A DNA stretch of 64,000 bases from Syntrophorhabdaceae bacterium (GCA_963665295.1 OY762209.1:4960001-5024000), one strand, 5' to 3'. Positions 36,866 through 47,744 are shown, counted from the first letter of the stretch. Numbers and translations are program-made. Notes: generated by a model from the letters alone, not told the origin.

Positions 36866-36961
36866 AAGGCGCCCCCTGCGGGGGTGCGGTGGTTGGGGAT
36901 GGCGGCCGGTTAAGGGGCAAAGCAGCATGAAGGGCGGACCCTGTAGCGTCCGCCGGGCTTG

Positions 36962-37684
36962 TCAGAAGAGCCAGATATGGTCCAGGTCGTCGCCGCTTCT
37001 CCCTTCGGTGTTCCTCTCTCGCACGACCTTTGCGGGCATACCTGCCACGACCATATTGGGAGGCACATCCTCGGTCACTATCGATCGGGCGGCGACTATG
37101 GCCTGTTCCCCTATGGTGACGCCCGGCAGGATCATCGCACCCGTGTACACCATGGCGTAATCCTTGATCACCACCTCCCGGTACTCCCTCCTGATATGGG
37201 AAGACTCCGAGTGCCTGTGCGTGAAGATCCTCACGTCTTCCGTGAGCGCCACGTAGTTCCCGATGGTGATGCCGCCTTTTGAGTCCAGGTACACGCCCCG
37301 GTTGAAGAACACGAAATCTCCCACGTCAAGGTGATGCCCGAAGTTGAAGGTGACATTCTGCTCGGAAATGAAGCCGACACCGCATTTCCTGAAGAGATGG
37401 CCCGCGATCAGCCTGCGAAAGGGTATGGAGAACCGGACGCATAGCCCGATGGGCAGCCTGTCCAGGGTATCCCACAGAAAATGGAGATAACGCTGCGCGG
37501 GGGTAAGGGGCTTTTCGCACGCCACGGGCAATGTCTCGCTGTATAGCTTGAATTCTTCCAACATCCGGTCCGAAAAGGCAGGGCCTTCCATGAGTGCGAG
37601 AATGCGCTTCATACCCTCTACATCGAGACCTTCGCTGATAATGCGTTCCGCTTCGTCGACTTTCTCATCGAATATGTTCGCCAT
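36962..37684 (-). CDS. Hexapeptide-repeat (LbH) acyltransferase
   Basis: GGITIGN, VVIKDYAMVYTGAMILPGVTIG..AIVAARSIVT.DVP...VVAG.PA; probable ATG at 37684. Confidence 0.88.
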   Translation of the reverse strand: MANIFDEKVDEAERIISEGLDVEGMKRILALMEGPAFSDRMLEEFKLYSETLPVACEKPLTPAQRYLHFLWDTLDRLPIGLCVRFSIPFRRLIAGHLFRKCGVGFISEQNVTFNFGHHLDVGDFVFFNRGVYLDSKGGITIGNYVALTEDVRIFTHRHSESSHIRREYREVVIKDYAMVYTGAMILPGVTIGEQAIVAARSIVTEDVPPNMVVAGMPAKVVRERNTEGRSGDDLDHIWLF

Positions 37685-38166
37685 TTTCCTTGCGTGACCA
37701 TCCTTTTCAGTGGGGACAGGGCCAGGGAATGCCCTTCCGTGTATGATTTCCATTGTAAGAAATGCGATTCCCAATTTCAAGGGATATTATGGCCGGGGCT
37801 GGTTCCGCGACATGTTATCTCCACCCTTCCTGCCACACGGTACCGGGGCACACCATATTTCCCGACAAAATTGTCGATAATTCCATGTCGGACCGACATA
37901 AATGGTGGTCGGCAATATCCAGGCCGTAACCCCACGGGAATATTACCTTGACACCATTTCCGCACGCAAGGGGCCCTGCGGGTTGCCGATCTCCCAGGCG
38001 ACATTATTTGCCAACCCCGGTAGGTCCGATCCGGCCTATCGCTGCGCTCAATACACATATATTATTTAATATCAGCACCTTACACCACCTTAGCGGCCAA
38101 CGGCACGGTTATTGCCTCAAGATATGGAGGACGCAAAATACCTTCCCTTTTTCAGGAGGCAGGGAG

Positions 38167-38562
38167 ATGAAAGAAGAAAAAGACCTTTTGATGATCGTAA
38201 TTCTCGGATTTGCACTCCTCGCCTTTTCGTGCACTTCCACGGGATATAATACCCAGAAGGGGGCCGCCATCGGTGCGGGCGTGGGCGCCATAGCAGGACA
38301 GGTCATAGGAAGCAATACGGCCGGAACATTGATAGGAGCTGCGGGCGGCGCTCTTGCGGGAGCCATTGTGGGCAACGCCGTGGATCAGAATGAAAACCAG
38401 AAGAAACTCGAAGCAGCACAGAGGTCCGCGGACGCGGCTGCCGCCACTTCGGATCAGCCTCCGGGACAGTGGGTCGAAGTCCCCGGGGGATGGATCGGAG
38501 GAAAATGGGTACCCGCCCACAGGGCATGGGTCCCGGTAAATCCCGGTCAATACGTGCAATAG
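38167..38562 (+). CDS. Glycine-zipper lipoprotein with C-terminal Trp-rich (YXWGXW-like) repeat
   Basis: Lipobox LAFSC; GAAIGAGVGAIAG...IGAAGGALAG; WVEVPGGWIGGKWVPAH. Confidence 0.85.
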   Translation: MKEEKDLLMIVILGFALLAFSCTSTGYNTQKGAAIGAGVGAIAGQVIGSNTAGTLIGAAGGALAGAIVGNAVDQNENQKKLEAAQRSADAAAATSDQPPGQWVEVPGGWIGGKWVPAHRAWVPVNPGQYVQ

Positions 38563-38604
38563 ACCCGATAAACAGCGCTCTTCCTCATTTACATACCTCC
38601 AAAG

Positions 38605-38642
38605 GATGGCCCCTCCCGGATACCCCGCCGGGAGGGGCCATC
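38605..38642. terminator. Stem-loop between convergent genes
   Basis: GATGGCCCCTCCCGG...CCGGGAGGGGCCATC. Confidence 0.6.
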
Positions 38643-38704
38643 AGCCTTTCCACCTGTTTCTATTTACCCTGTGCCTCTTATTCCGTCGGTCCCGTTTCAG
38701 GGGT

Positions 38705-40984
38705 CTAACGGCCTTCCTTCTCCTTCAGCGCTTTGAGTACCTTTTCCGCGGTAATGGGGAGGTCCGTGATCCTCACGCCCACTGCGTCGTAAATTGCATT
38801 CGCGATGGCGGGCGCCGTGGGCACGAGCCCCGGTTCCCCTATCCCTTTGGCCCCGAAGGGTCCGTCCTGTTCATCCGTTTCCACAATTACCGCCTGGACC
38901 GGAGGCACGTCCTTTGCCGTGGGCATCTTGTAGTCAAGAAAGTTGCCGTTCTTCAGCACGCCCTTGTCGTAAACCATTCTTTCCCCGAGAGCATAGCCGA
39001 TCCCCATGAGCCCTCCCCCGTAAATCTGACCCTCCAGAAGCATGGGGTTCAAAGCCTTGCCCACATCATGGGCGGCCACGTAGTTGAGGATCTTCACCTT
39101 TCCCGTCTCTTTGTCCACCTCGACCTCCACCCCGTGAGCGCCATAGGCGTATGATACCGACAGGTTTCCCCTGAAGTCCTTGTCGAAGTTCTCGTTTGGC
39201 GGATCATAGAAGTACTCCGCCACGAGCATCCGGCCTCCCGGCGTGTAATGCACTTTTCTCAGCACCTTGGACAGGGAAATGTTCTTCTCCTTATCGTTGG
39301 TGGAAAAGATGATGCCGTCCTTCATATCGAGCGCTTCCGGGGCTTCCTTGAGGTTCCCGGCGGCGATAGCCATGATTTCGGCCCTTATCTTCCGGGCAGC
39401 GCCGAGGGCCGAATTCCCCGCCACAAAGGTGGTCCTGCTTGCGTGGGCCCCCACGTCCCAGGGACATACGTCCGTGTCGTTGTTGATGATGTTGATATCG
39501 TCCACGGGAATGCCGAGGACTTCCGACACGATCTGAGCGATGATCGTTTCCGACCCCTGGCCTATTTCCGATGACCCGGTAATGACGTCCACCTTACCGT
39601 TATCATCTACCTTTATAATCGTGCCGCACCCGTCGGACTTATAGACCCTGGCCGCGCCTCCCACATGGATGAGGGCCGCCATACCCACACCTCTTCCATT
39701 ACGCTTTCCCCTCTTTTCCTTCCAGTCAAGCCTCTTCACTACTTCTTCGATGCACTCCTTCATCCCGCAGGAGGTAATCTTGAAGTTCTGGGGCGTAACC
39801 TCTCCCGGTTCATTCGCATTGATGCGACGGATCTCGACAGGGTCGATGCCGGCTTTCTCGGCAAGCTTGTCGAGGAGGGATTCGATGGCGAAGGTGGCCT
39901 GGGGGTTTCCGTAGCCCCTCATTGCCTGACTGTAAGTGTTGTTCGTATACACGCACTTCGCCGTGTACCTGATATTCGGCACCTTGTAAAGGGACGAGAT
40001 GGGCACCATCATGACGGAAGGCGTCGTCGCCCCCCAGGATGTGTATGCGCCGTTATCGAGGACCATCTCCATCTCGCGGAAGGTGAGTTTTCCGTCTTTG
40101 TCGCACCCCTGGGATATTTTCGTGATGGTGCACTGCCTGGGAGAGGTGGCGAGAAATTCCTCTTCCCTCGAAAAGACGATCTTCACCGGTTTCCTTGTGT
40201 TCATGGCGAGGAGGATGGCAATGTACTCATAGGCGTAGGTATCGAGTTTGCTGCCGAAGCCGCCGCCGATGACCGCCTGGATGACCCTTACCCGTTTTCT
40301 CTTCAAGCCGAAGGCCTTCAGGGCTTCCGCGAAATCATTCTGCGCGAGGGATGGTATCTGGGTGTTGCTGTATACGGTAAGGTTATTGTTCACATCGAAG
40401 GATGCGACGCAGCCGCTCGTGCCGAGACAACAGTGCGTCACCCACTGGGTGCTGTAGCTGTCCTCCGCCACAAAGGCCGACTCTTTCTTTGCGGCTTCCA
40501 CATCGCCGTGGACGAACTTCCAGGGCATCTTGAGGACATTCGATTTAAATTCCTCGTGTAACAGGGACGCCCCTTCCTTCATCGCGTCCAGGGGATCGAA
40601 AATCCCCGGCAGTTCCTCGTACTCGACCTCAATCAGATCCAGGGCCTCCTCCGCTATCTCGGCGCTTATGGCCGCTACAGCGGCAATCTCGTCCCTCGTG
40701 GACAGGACCTTGCCCGTCTTGAGGGGAGGGTTGTCTTTGAGAAAACCGAACTTGAAATTATTGGGCACATCCGCACCCGTAAGCACGGCCTTCACACCGG
40801 CAAGTGCCAGGGCTTTGCTTGTGTCGATGCTCACTATTTTGGCGTGGGCATATTTGCTGTAAAGTATCTTGCCATGGAGCATGCCCGGGACCTTCACGTC
40901 CTGGATATAAAGGGCACCGCCGGTCGCTTTGAGGGGTGCGTCCTTCTTCGGGATCTTCTTTCCTACTACCGTCAGAACGTCCAT
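38705..40984 (-). CDS. Xanthine dehydrogenase-family molybdopterin-binding subunit (set 1)
   Basis: GGGFGSK, AMRGYG, IGQG, ASRT, EGQIYGG, GAKGIGE motifs; ATG at 40984. Confidence 0.93.
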   Translation of the reverse strand: MDVLTVVGKKIPKKDAPLKATGGALYIQDVKVPGMLHGKILYSKYAHAKIVSIDTSKALALAGVKAVLTGADVPNNFKFGFLKDNPPLKTGKVLSTRDEIAAVAAISAEIAEEALDLIEVEYEELPGIFDPLDAMKEGASLLHEEFKSNVLKMPWKFVHGDVEAAKKESAFVAEDSYSTQWVTHCCLGTSGCVASFDVNNNLTVYSNTQIPSLAQNDFAEALKAFGLKRKRVRVIQAVIGGGFGSKLDTYAYEYIAILLAMNTRKPVKIVFSREEEFLATSPRQCTITKISQGCDKDGKLTFREMEMVLDNGAYTSWGATTPSVMMVPISSLYKVPNIRYTAKCVYTNNTYSQAMRGYGNPQATFAIESLLDKLAEKAGIDPVEIRRINANEPGEVTPQNFKITSCGMKECIEEVVKRLDWKEKRGKRNGRGVGMAALIHVGGAARVYKSDGCGTIIKVDDNGKVDVITGSSEIGQGSETIIAQIVSEVLGIPVDDINIINNDTDVCPWDVGAHASRTTFVAGNSALGAARKIRAEIMAIAAGNLKEAPEALDMKDGIIFSTNDKEKNISLSKVLRKVHYTPGGRMLVAEYFYDPPNENFDKDFRGNLSVSYAYGAHGVEVEVDKETGKVKILNYVAAHDVGKALNPMLLEGQIYGGGLMGIGYALGERMVYDKGVLKNGNFLDYKMPTAKDVPPVQAVIVETDEQDGPFGAKGIGEPGLVPTAPAIANAIYDAVGVRITDLPITAEKVLKALKEKEGR

Positions 40985-40986
40985 GG

Positions 40987-41454
40987 TCACCTCCCACCTG
41001 CCGCGGATTTTATGGCTTCGATAATCTTCACATAGCCGGTGCACCTGCACAGATTGCCTTCTATGCTCTCCTTGATCTCGTCTTCCGTCGGTTTTTCCTT
41101 TTCATCGAGGAGCGCCCTGGCTGACATAATCATGCCGGGGATACAGAACCCGCACTGCACCGCCCCTTCCTTTACAAATGCGTCCTGGACCGGGTCCATC
41201 TCGCCTGTTTTCGACGCGAGCCCTTCTATGGTCACGATGTCCCTGCCCTCGGCCTCCATTACCGGGTAAAGACAGGAGTTCACCGCTTGGCCGTCTATGA
41301 TGACTGTGCACGCACCGCACTCTCCGTATCCGCAGCCCTCTTTTGTGCCGGTCATCTCAAGGATTTCTCTCAGCAAATAGAGGAGTGTCCACTTGGGGTC
41401 CGCCTCCACAATCACCTTTTCCTTATTTAACGTAAATGTAATCTCTTTTTTCAT
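40987..41454 (-). CDS. Small subunit with two 2Fe-2S clusters (CoxS/XdhC type, set 1)
   Basis: GTKEGCGYGECGACT, QCGFCIPG, NLCRCTGY. Confidence 0.95.
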   Translation of the reverse strand: MKKEITFTLNKEKVIVEADPKWTLLYLLREILEMTGTKEGCGYGECGACTVIIDGQAVNSCLYPVMEAEGRDIVTIEGLASKTGEMDPVQDAFVKEGAVQCGFCIPGMIMSARALLDEKEKPTEDEIKESIEGNLCRCTGYVKIIEAIKSAAGGR

Positions 41455-41464
41455 TGTCCACCCC

Positions 41465-42439
41465 TTACCATAACCTGTCCGGATGTATCATGTCGTCGGG
41501 CCTTACCACACGGTCGATGGCCTTGAAGATAGCCCTTTTCGTGAGCACTCCTACCATTTCCCGACGATACCACGCCTCGCCCCGCACGCTGTCTCTCGGC
41601 CGGGATTCCGATGCCGCAATGGCGGCCGCTTCATCGATGGTCTTTTCCGAAATGACCTTGCCCTTAAGCGCCGCTTCAGCCTCCTTTGCCCTCACCGGCC
41701 TCGGCGCGACAACGCCCATGGCGAGTCTCACATCCTCGCACACGACCTTCTCCTCTTCGAGGCGCTTGAGTACTTCCGACGTACCGGCGATGGTGCAGAA
41801 GGCATCCCTGCATCCGATCTCACTCCCCTCTATCCTTATGGTAAGCCGCGCCGCGATGCCGAGGATGGGGAGGTCCATGGCTTCTCTCCGCGTATGCTTG
41901 ATGTAGGCGGAACCCGTTGTTTCGGAGAAGGCGGGCATATGAAAGCCGACCACGATCTCGCCCTTTTCCATGGTCACCTTATTCGGTCCCTGAAAAAAGT
42001 CATCCACGGGCACGGTGCGTTGTCCTTTCGGACCTTCAATGACCACCTCGGCATCGAGGACCAGAAGGGGACACGCCGAATCCGCTGAAGGCGCGGCATT
42101 GCAGATGTTACCGCCCATGGTGGCCACGTTCCTTATCTGTTTTGACCCGATCCTGCCCGCCGCATCGGTGAGCGCCGTGTAGCGGCTCTTGATGAATTCA
42201 TCCGCGGCGATCCGGCTGAGCGTCACATTGCCCCCGACCTTCAGGCCGTCCGCGCTGTCGATATAGGAGAGAGCGCCGATATTCCTGAGGGAGATCAAAT
42301 TCGCCGGCGACAGTTTCTTCTGTCTTATGAGGACCAGCACATCAGTGCCTCCCGCAATGTATGCGGCGTTGGTGAGGCTATGCGCCAGATCGATCGCCTC
42401 CTTGATAGTCTGTGGTTTATGATAGTCAAACCCTCTCAC
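41465..42439 (-). CDS. FAD-binding medium subunit (CoxM/XdhB type, set 1)
   Basis: IAGGTD, QIRNVATMGGNICNAAPSAD, D.RG...YR motifs. Confidence 0.93.
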   Translation of the reverse strand: MRGFDYHKPQTIKEAIDLAHSLTNAAYIAGGTDVLVLIRQKKLSPANLISLRNIGALSYIDSADGLKVGGNVTLSRIAADEFIKSRYTALTDAAGRIGSKQIRNVATMGGNICNAAPSADSACPLLVLDAEVVIEGPKGQRTVPVDDFFQGPNKVTMEKGEIVVGFHMPAFSETTGSAYIKHTRREAMDLPILGIAARLTIRIEGSEIGCRDAFCTIAGTSEVLKRLEEEKVVCEDVRLAMGVVAPRPVRAKEAEAALKGKVISEKTIDEAAAIAASESRPRDSVRGEAWYRREMVGVLTKRAIFKAIDRVVRPDDMIHPDRLW

Positions 42440-42453
42440 GATGACCCCCTTTT

Positions 42454-43749
42454 TTAGTCCCTGTTGTCAAAGACCCTTTTTGTTTTTCTCTCCGACCTCG
42501 GCAACGAACCGTAGTCGAGTAGCTCAACGTCGCAACTCACCATTATCTGCTTCTTGATGTCCTTCTCTATGGCCTTCCTCAGGTGCTTGTCGTCGTTGCC
42601 GGCTGCGCCCGCCGTCTTCTCCACCTTGAGGGCCATATAGTCCTTGCCGTCCTCCTTTCTGTCGAGAATGATCTGGTATTCGCTGCCCACACCCTCGATA
42701 TTTGAAAGAATCTGATCGATATGACTCGGGTATATGTTGACCGCCCTGAAAATAAACATGTCGTCGGACCTGCCGAGGATCCTGTCATGCATGGGCATGA
42801 CGCTCCCGCAGGGACATTTTTCCGTGACGATCCGCGTCAAATCTCGTGTCCTGTAACGGACGAGGGGCGCCCCTTCCTTTCTTAGCGTGGTGACCACCAT
42901 CTCACCTACCTCACCGGGCTTGACCGGCGTGAGGGTGTCGGGATCGAGTATTTCGAGGATATAATAGTCCGCCCAGTAATGGATACCTTTGTGGTGAATG
43001 CAATCGAGGCCGGTCCCCGGGCCGTAAAGCTCGGTAAGGCCGGGAATGTCGAAAAGCTGGTCGGGCGCGACCCCTGAAAGCTCGGAAATCCGCGCCCTCA
43101 TGGCATCGCTCGACCGTTCGGAGCCGAAAATCATCTTCCTGAGGGCAATTTTCTCCCGAAGTCCGCGCTTGTCGATCTCCTCCGCAAGGAGCAGCCCCAT
43201 GGAGGCGGTGCAGCAGACCACCGTGGTCTGAAGGTCCTCGATGAACTGGCACTGCATATCGAGGTTTCCGGGCCCTGCGGGAATGGCCATGGCGCCGAAC
43301 CGTTCACACCCGTTCTGAAAGCTGACCCCGGCGGTCCACACCCCGTACCCCACGGCTATCTGGACCCGGTCCTCCTTTGTACATCCCGCATACTCATAGC
43401 ACCTCGCGAACATGTTCGCCCAGTCATCCACATCCTTTTCCGTATAGCAAAGCACTTTCCGCTTTCCCGTGGTGCCGCTCGACGCATGTATGCGGACAAT
43501 CTTTTCAAAAGGTACACTCTGCAAGGGGAAGGGGTAGCCCTCCTGCAGGTCTTTGCTCGTGGTAAAAGGGAGCTTCCTTATGTCTTCCAGGGTCTTTATG
43601 TCTTTGGGGCCGACCCCCGTTTCATCGAACCTCTTTCTGTAGAATTCCGAACCATGATATACATGATCCACTGTCCATTTGAGCCCCCCGGTCTGAAAGG
43701 CGAGGAGTTCCTCCTCCGTCTTTATTTCTCCTGCAAAGCGTCCGTTCAT
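42454..43749 (-). CDS. Phenylacetate-CoA ligase family aryl-acetate CoA ligase
   Basis: RIHASSGTTGK, GLTELYGPG, RYRTRD, GRSDDM...AVNIYPS, LPRSERKTKR. Confidence 0.9.
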   Translation of the reverse strand: MNGRFAGEIKTEEELLAFQTGGLKWTVDHVYHGSEFYRKRFDETGVGPKDIKTLEDIRKLPFTTSKDLQEGYPFPLQSVPFEKIVRIHASSGTTGKRKVLCYTEKDVDDWANMFARCYEYAGCTKEDRVQIAVGYGVWTAGVSFQNGCERFGAMAIPAGPGNLDMQCQFIEDLQTTVVCCTASMGLLLAEEIDKRGLREKIALRKMIFGSERSSDAMRARISELSGVAPDQLFDIPGLTELYGPGTGLDCIHHKGIHYWADYYILEILDPDTLTPVKPGEVGEMVVTTLRKEGAPLVRYRTRDLTRIVTEKCPCGSVMPMHDRILGRSDDMFIFRAVNIYPSHIDQILSNIEGVGSEYQIILDRKEDGKDYMALKVEKTAGAAGNDDKHLRKAIEKDIKKQIMVSCDVELLDYGSLPRSERKTKRVFDNRD

Positions 43750-43936
43750 TGTCTACCTCCTGTTAAGTTTACACCTTCTCAAACGGTCGAGCCCGCCGGC
43801 CGCATCGGACCGACCGGTCTTTCCGCGCTTACTGTCGACACTTCAGGATCAACAACTACGGTGTTGTTTTTCACGCAACGCTCAGCCGGGAGAAACCACG
43901 CTGTTTCCCCCGCCGGCGAGCCGCGGCTTCCGCCCG

Positions 43937-45646
43937 TCAGCGTCTGAGTCTCTTCGTCTCCTCCATATCCACTTCGAACGTTCGGGGATCGAGAGCGACT
44001 CCGTAGTCGTCCCTCGCGCTGCCCACACTCACATATCCCTCGATTACGTCACTTGCCACCGCCTCGGGGTCCCGTTCGAAGGGTTTGCCGTACCCCCCTC
44101 CTCCAGGGGCGTCGATGGTCACCAGGTCACCGGGCACAAGCTGGGTCAGTCCATAAGAGTTCCCCGGGTCGCCATTTACCAGGAATCGCGCCTTGGCGCC
44201 GGGCTTACCGTCAAAAAGGCCCTCCGCCGCATAGAAGTACCTGCCCGCCTGAATACCCAGGTTCACGGGGGGCATGGGCGCATACCGGTCATCGGGCACC
44301 CTGAATATCTCTCTTTTCCCGAGGCCGCCTTTCATCCTGCCTATGCCGCCTGAATCGGCGACAAGCTCTCTTTTCTCCACGATGAGGGGGGTGTCACTCT
44401 CGAAGATCTCCACAGGTGTGTTGGCGCCGTTCGCAGGGAAGATATAGACATAGTTTCCGTCGTTCGAGGCGCCGGCCCCCATGCCGCCCCCTCTGATGAT
44501 GACGGAATGCCACGGTTTCCCGCCCTTGTCCTTTCCGTAGAAGACGTTCATCGCGGCCGGGGTCCCTCCCGAGCCCGCGATTACCCTGTTAGGCAACACC
44601 TCGGACAGGGCGCGGTAGATGATCTCCGTGAGAAAATGGCCTACTCCCATCCTCGCGGCCACGGCTGCGGGGAACCTGCAGTTCACCACCGTCCCTTCGG
44701 GCGCGGTGAGGAGTATGGGTCTGGCGCAGCCCTCGTTATTGGGAATATCCGGGGCGAACATGCTCTTCACGGCCATGAATACGTAGGCGTAGGTGAAGTT
44801 GTACACCACGTTGCCGCCCCAGGTTACCTGTCCCGAGGAGCCGTCGAGGTCCACAATGATATCGCTCCCCTTCACCTCCACCTTCGCCTGGATGATAATG
44901 TCTTCCTTCCCCTTCATCTGCTCGATAACCCCCCGGGCCTGATAGACGCCGTCGGGGATCTTCTCGATCTCCTCCCTCATGCTCTTCTCGGTAAGGCCGA
45001 TGATCTGGTCCGCAAGGTCGTCCAGGTTTTCAAGGTCGCTTTCCTTGAGCATCTGGCGCACCTTCTCGGCGCAGACATGGTTCGCCGCGATCTGCGACCT
45101 TATGTCTCCCACTACTTCATCGGGAGTCCTTACGTTCCACCGGATCATGTCGATCACGGACTGATTGAGCACACCCTTGTCATAAAGTTTGACTACGGGA
45201 ATGAAAAGACCTTCCTCAAAGACATCGTGGTTATCGGAGGCAACGCGACCCCCCACGTCGGAGTGGTGGAACACGCAGGCGGTAAAAGCGACGAGGGTCT
45301 CATTGTAAAAGATAGGGCTCATGACGCACACGTCGTTCAGGTGCCCCGCCAGGGCCCACGGGTCGTTGGTAATAAATACGTCTCCCGGCTGATAGTGGTC
45401 CAGAGGGAATCTGGTGACGAGGTTCTTGATCCCAAGGGCCATGGCCCCCGATTGGCCGGGGGTCGCGAAGCTGCCCTGGGCCAGTTCCCTGCCCAACCTG
45501 TCGGTAAACATACAGGTGTAATCGTGGGCATCCCTGAGCAGGCTCGAAAATGCGGTACGGGCCACACTGCTGTCCGCCTCATCCACAATGGAAATCAGCC
45601 TCCGCCATAAAATCTCCAGCGTTATCGGGTCAAAGGCGCGTGCCAT
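43937..45646 (-). CDS. Hydantoinase B/oxoprolinase family subunit
   Basis: DPITLE, RTAFS, NDPW..GHLND, HHSDVGG, NTPVE, PGGGGYG.P.ER motifs. Confidence 0.92.
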   Translation of the reverse strand: MARAFDPITLEILWRRLISIVDEADSSVARTAFSSLLRDAHDYTCMFTDRLGRELAQGSFATPGQSGAMALGIKNLVTRFPLDHYQPGDVFITNDPWALAGHLNDVCVMSPIFYNETLVAFTACVFHHSDVGGRVASDNHDVFEEGLFIPVVKLYDKGVLNQSVIDMIRWNVRTPDEVVGDIRSQIAANHVCAEKVRQMLKESDLENLDDLADQIIGLTEKSMREEIEKIPDGVYQARGVIEQMKGKEDIIIQAKVEVKGSDIIVDLDGSSGQVTWGGNVVYNFTYAYVFMAVKSMFAPDIPNNEGCARPILLTAPEGTVVNCRFPAAVAARMGVGHFLTEIIYRALSEVLPNRVIAGSGGTPAAMNVFYGKDKGGKPWHSVIIRGGGMGAGASNDGNYVYIFPANGANTPVEIFESDTPLIVEKRELVADSGGIGRMKGGLGKREIFRVPDDRYAPMPPVNLGIQAGRYFYAAEGLFDGKPGAKARFLVNGDPGNSYGLTQLVPGDLVTIDAPGGGGYGKPFERDPEAVASDVIEGYVSVGSARDDYGVALDPRTFEVDMEETKRLRR

Positions 45647-45647
45647 G

Positions 45648-47744
45648 TCATACCTCCTTAAGGTCAATCCAGAGAAAACCGAACTCGTCCATGGACACGA
45701 AGCCCTCCTCGCCCACGATGAGCGTCGATTCCTTTTCTTCGATGATTGCGGGCCCCTTGAACCGGGCCCCGGGAAACAGCTTGTACCGGTCGTATACCGT
45801 GTAGGGAATGAAATCCTTGGAAACAGGGGAATATGCCGGACGCCGGCCCTTGACCGCGCCTTCGAGGGACTGGTTCTCCTTCTTCTCCTGCATGGGCAGT
45901 TGGAGGAGGCGCTCCGGGAGGCTCGCCCTCACCTTGAAATTGATGAACTCCACCTCGGAATCCGGGTACGTCCTGCCGTAGAGCTTTTCGTACACGTCAT
46001 CGAAGGCGCGCCGAATGTCCGCTTTTTCGAATTTCGTGAATGGACCCGCAGCCAGGGGCACATTGATTTCCGAGCCCTGACCCACGAAGCGCATGTCGAG
46101 GGACCTTTGATACTGAATCGTATCTTCTTCCGCCTCTTTCTTCAGGATCATGGCGGCGTCCCCTTCGAGTCCCTTGAAAATTTCCTCTATTTCCGTGAAG
46201 GCCACCCCGGAGAGGGGCGCCTTGTGACTTCTTAGCAGATCGAATGCCCTGGGGGCGGTAAAGAAGCCCATGGCCGAGCCCACTCCTGCATTGGGCGGCA
46301 CAAGCAAACGGGGAGCCCCCAGTTTCTTGGCGAGCCCATATGCGTGAACCGGTCCCGCGCCTCCGAAAGCGGCTATGGTGACGATCTTCGGGTTTCCGCC
46401 CTTTTCGGCAATATGGGTCTTTGCCGCCGCCGCCATGGTTTCGTTGATAAGGTCATGGATACCCCAGACGGCCTGAATAAAGGAGACACCAAGGGGCCGG
46501 GCGATCTTTTCTTCAATGCCTTTCCTCGCACCTTCCTTGTCGAGCTTCATCTCTCCGCCAAGGAAGTAGTTCTCGTCGAGATAGCCAAGGAGGAGGTCGG
46601 CATCCGTGACGCACGGGTCACCCCCTCCTTTCCCGTAACAGATGGGCCCCGGAGCAGCCCCCGAGCTCTCCGGCCCGACATGAAGAGTGCCCAGCTTGCT
46701 TACCTTGGCGATACTGCCGCCGCCTGCCCCTATCTCCATCAAGTCCACCACGGGGACCTGGATGGTGAGACCGCTCCCCTTCATGAACCTCTGGACCCGG
46801 CCCACTTCGAAGGTAGGCACCACGCCGGCTACCCCTTTCTGGATAAGGCACGACTTGGCCGTCGTACCGCCCATGTCGAAGCAGAACATTTCCGAAATAT
46901 TGAAATGTTTGCCATAGTACTGGCCCGCGATGACCGCTGCAGTGGGTCCCGACTCTATGATCCTTACGGGGAACTGGGCTGCCGTATCCACGGAGGTGAT
47001 GCCGCCGCTGGAAAGCATGATGAAAAGCTTTCCTTCGAAGCCTATCGATTCCAGCCTGCCCTTGAGTTTGGACAGGTACCTGCCCGTAAGGGGCTTTACA
47101 TATGCATTGGTGACGGTGGTGCTCGTCCGTTCGTATTCCTTTATCTGGGGCAGCACATAGTATGAAATGGAAACGGACATCCCCGGGGCTTCCTTTTCGA
47201 TAATCTCCTTGAGCATCAGCTCATGGGCCGGATTTTCAAAGGAATTGAGGAGACAGACCGCCACGGATTCAACGCCCATGCCGACGAGGGAGCGCACCGC
47301 CTGCCTCGCATCCTCCGGATCGAGGGCCTTGAGGACGGTCCCGTCACTTCTCACCCGTTCGTCCACTTCCAGGCGATATCTCCTGGGGATGAGGGGTTTC
47401 GGGAATTCGGCGAACACGTCATAAGGGGCATATCTCAGTTCCCTTCCGATCTCAAGGACATCCCTGAAGCCTTTTGTGGTGATGAGCCCTGTTCTGGCCC
47501 CTTTTCTCTCAATGATCGAATTGATGACAAGGGTCGTCCCGTGTATCAGTTCATCCAGTTTCGCCACAAAATCCGGTGACGTAGTCTCAAGGGCCCGTAT
47601 CCCCTCCTCAACAGCGTCCGAAGGGTCCTGAGGGGTGGTCAGACACTTGCCGGTCCTTATCTCCCCCGTTTGATCGTTCAACAGGACAAAGTCGGTGAAC
47701 GTGCCGCCTATATCACAGCCCAGCCGGTAATGCTTGTCTCTCAT
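45648..47744 (-). CDS. Hydantoinase A/oxoprolinase family ATP-binding subunit
   Basis: DIGGTFTD, HGTT..NS, EYER..T...NAY, ESGP, DMGGTT, IGAGGGS, FGGAGP.H motifs. Confidence 0.93.
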   Translation of the reverse strand: MRDKHYRLGCDIGGTFTDFVLLNDQTGEIRTGKCLTTPQDPSDAVEEGIRALETTSPDFVAKLDELIHGTTLVINSIIERKGARTGLITTKGFRDVLEIGRELRYAPYDVFAEFPKPLIPRRYRLEVDERVRSDGTVLKALDPEDARQAVRSLVGMGVESVAVCLLNSFENPAHELMLKEIIEKEAPGMSVSISYYVLPQIKEYERTSTTVTNAYVKPLTGRYLSKLKGRLESIGFEGKLFIMLSSGGITSVDTAAQFPVRIIESGPTAAVIAGQYYGKHFNISEMFCFDMGGTTAKSCLIQKGVAGVVPTFEVGRVQRFMKGSGLTIQVPVVDLMEIGAGGGSIAKVSKLGTLHVGPESSGAAPGPICYGKGGGDPCVTDADLLLGYLDENYFLGGEMKLDKEGARKGIEEKIARPLGVSFIQAVWGIHDLINETMAAAAKTHIAEKGGNPKIVTIAAFGGAGPVHAYGLAKKLGAPRLLVPPNAGVGSAMGFFTAPRAFDLLRSHKAPLSGVAFTEIEEIFKGLEGDAAMILKKEAEEDTIQYQRSLDMRFVGQGSEINVPLAAGPFTKFEKADIRRAFDDVYEKLYGRTYPDSEVEFINFKVRASLPERLLQLPMQEKKENQSLEGAVKGRRPAYSPVSKDFIPYTVYDRYKLFPGARFKGPAIIEEKESTLIVGEEGFVSMDEFGFLWIDLKEV

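Noticed and set aside
38705..42439. Calling molybdoenzyme set 1 aerobic CO dehydrogenase
   Set aside because: The large subunit lacks the AYxCSFR motif of CoxL.
43937..47744. Calling the hydantoinase pair acetone/acetophenone carboxylase or housekeeping 5-oxoprolinase
   Set aside because: No gamma or other carboxylase subunits are adjacent, and the context favours a pathway-specific lactam hydrolase. Left at family level.
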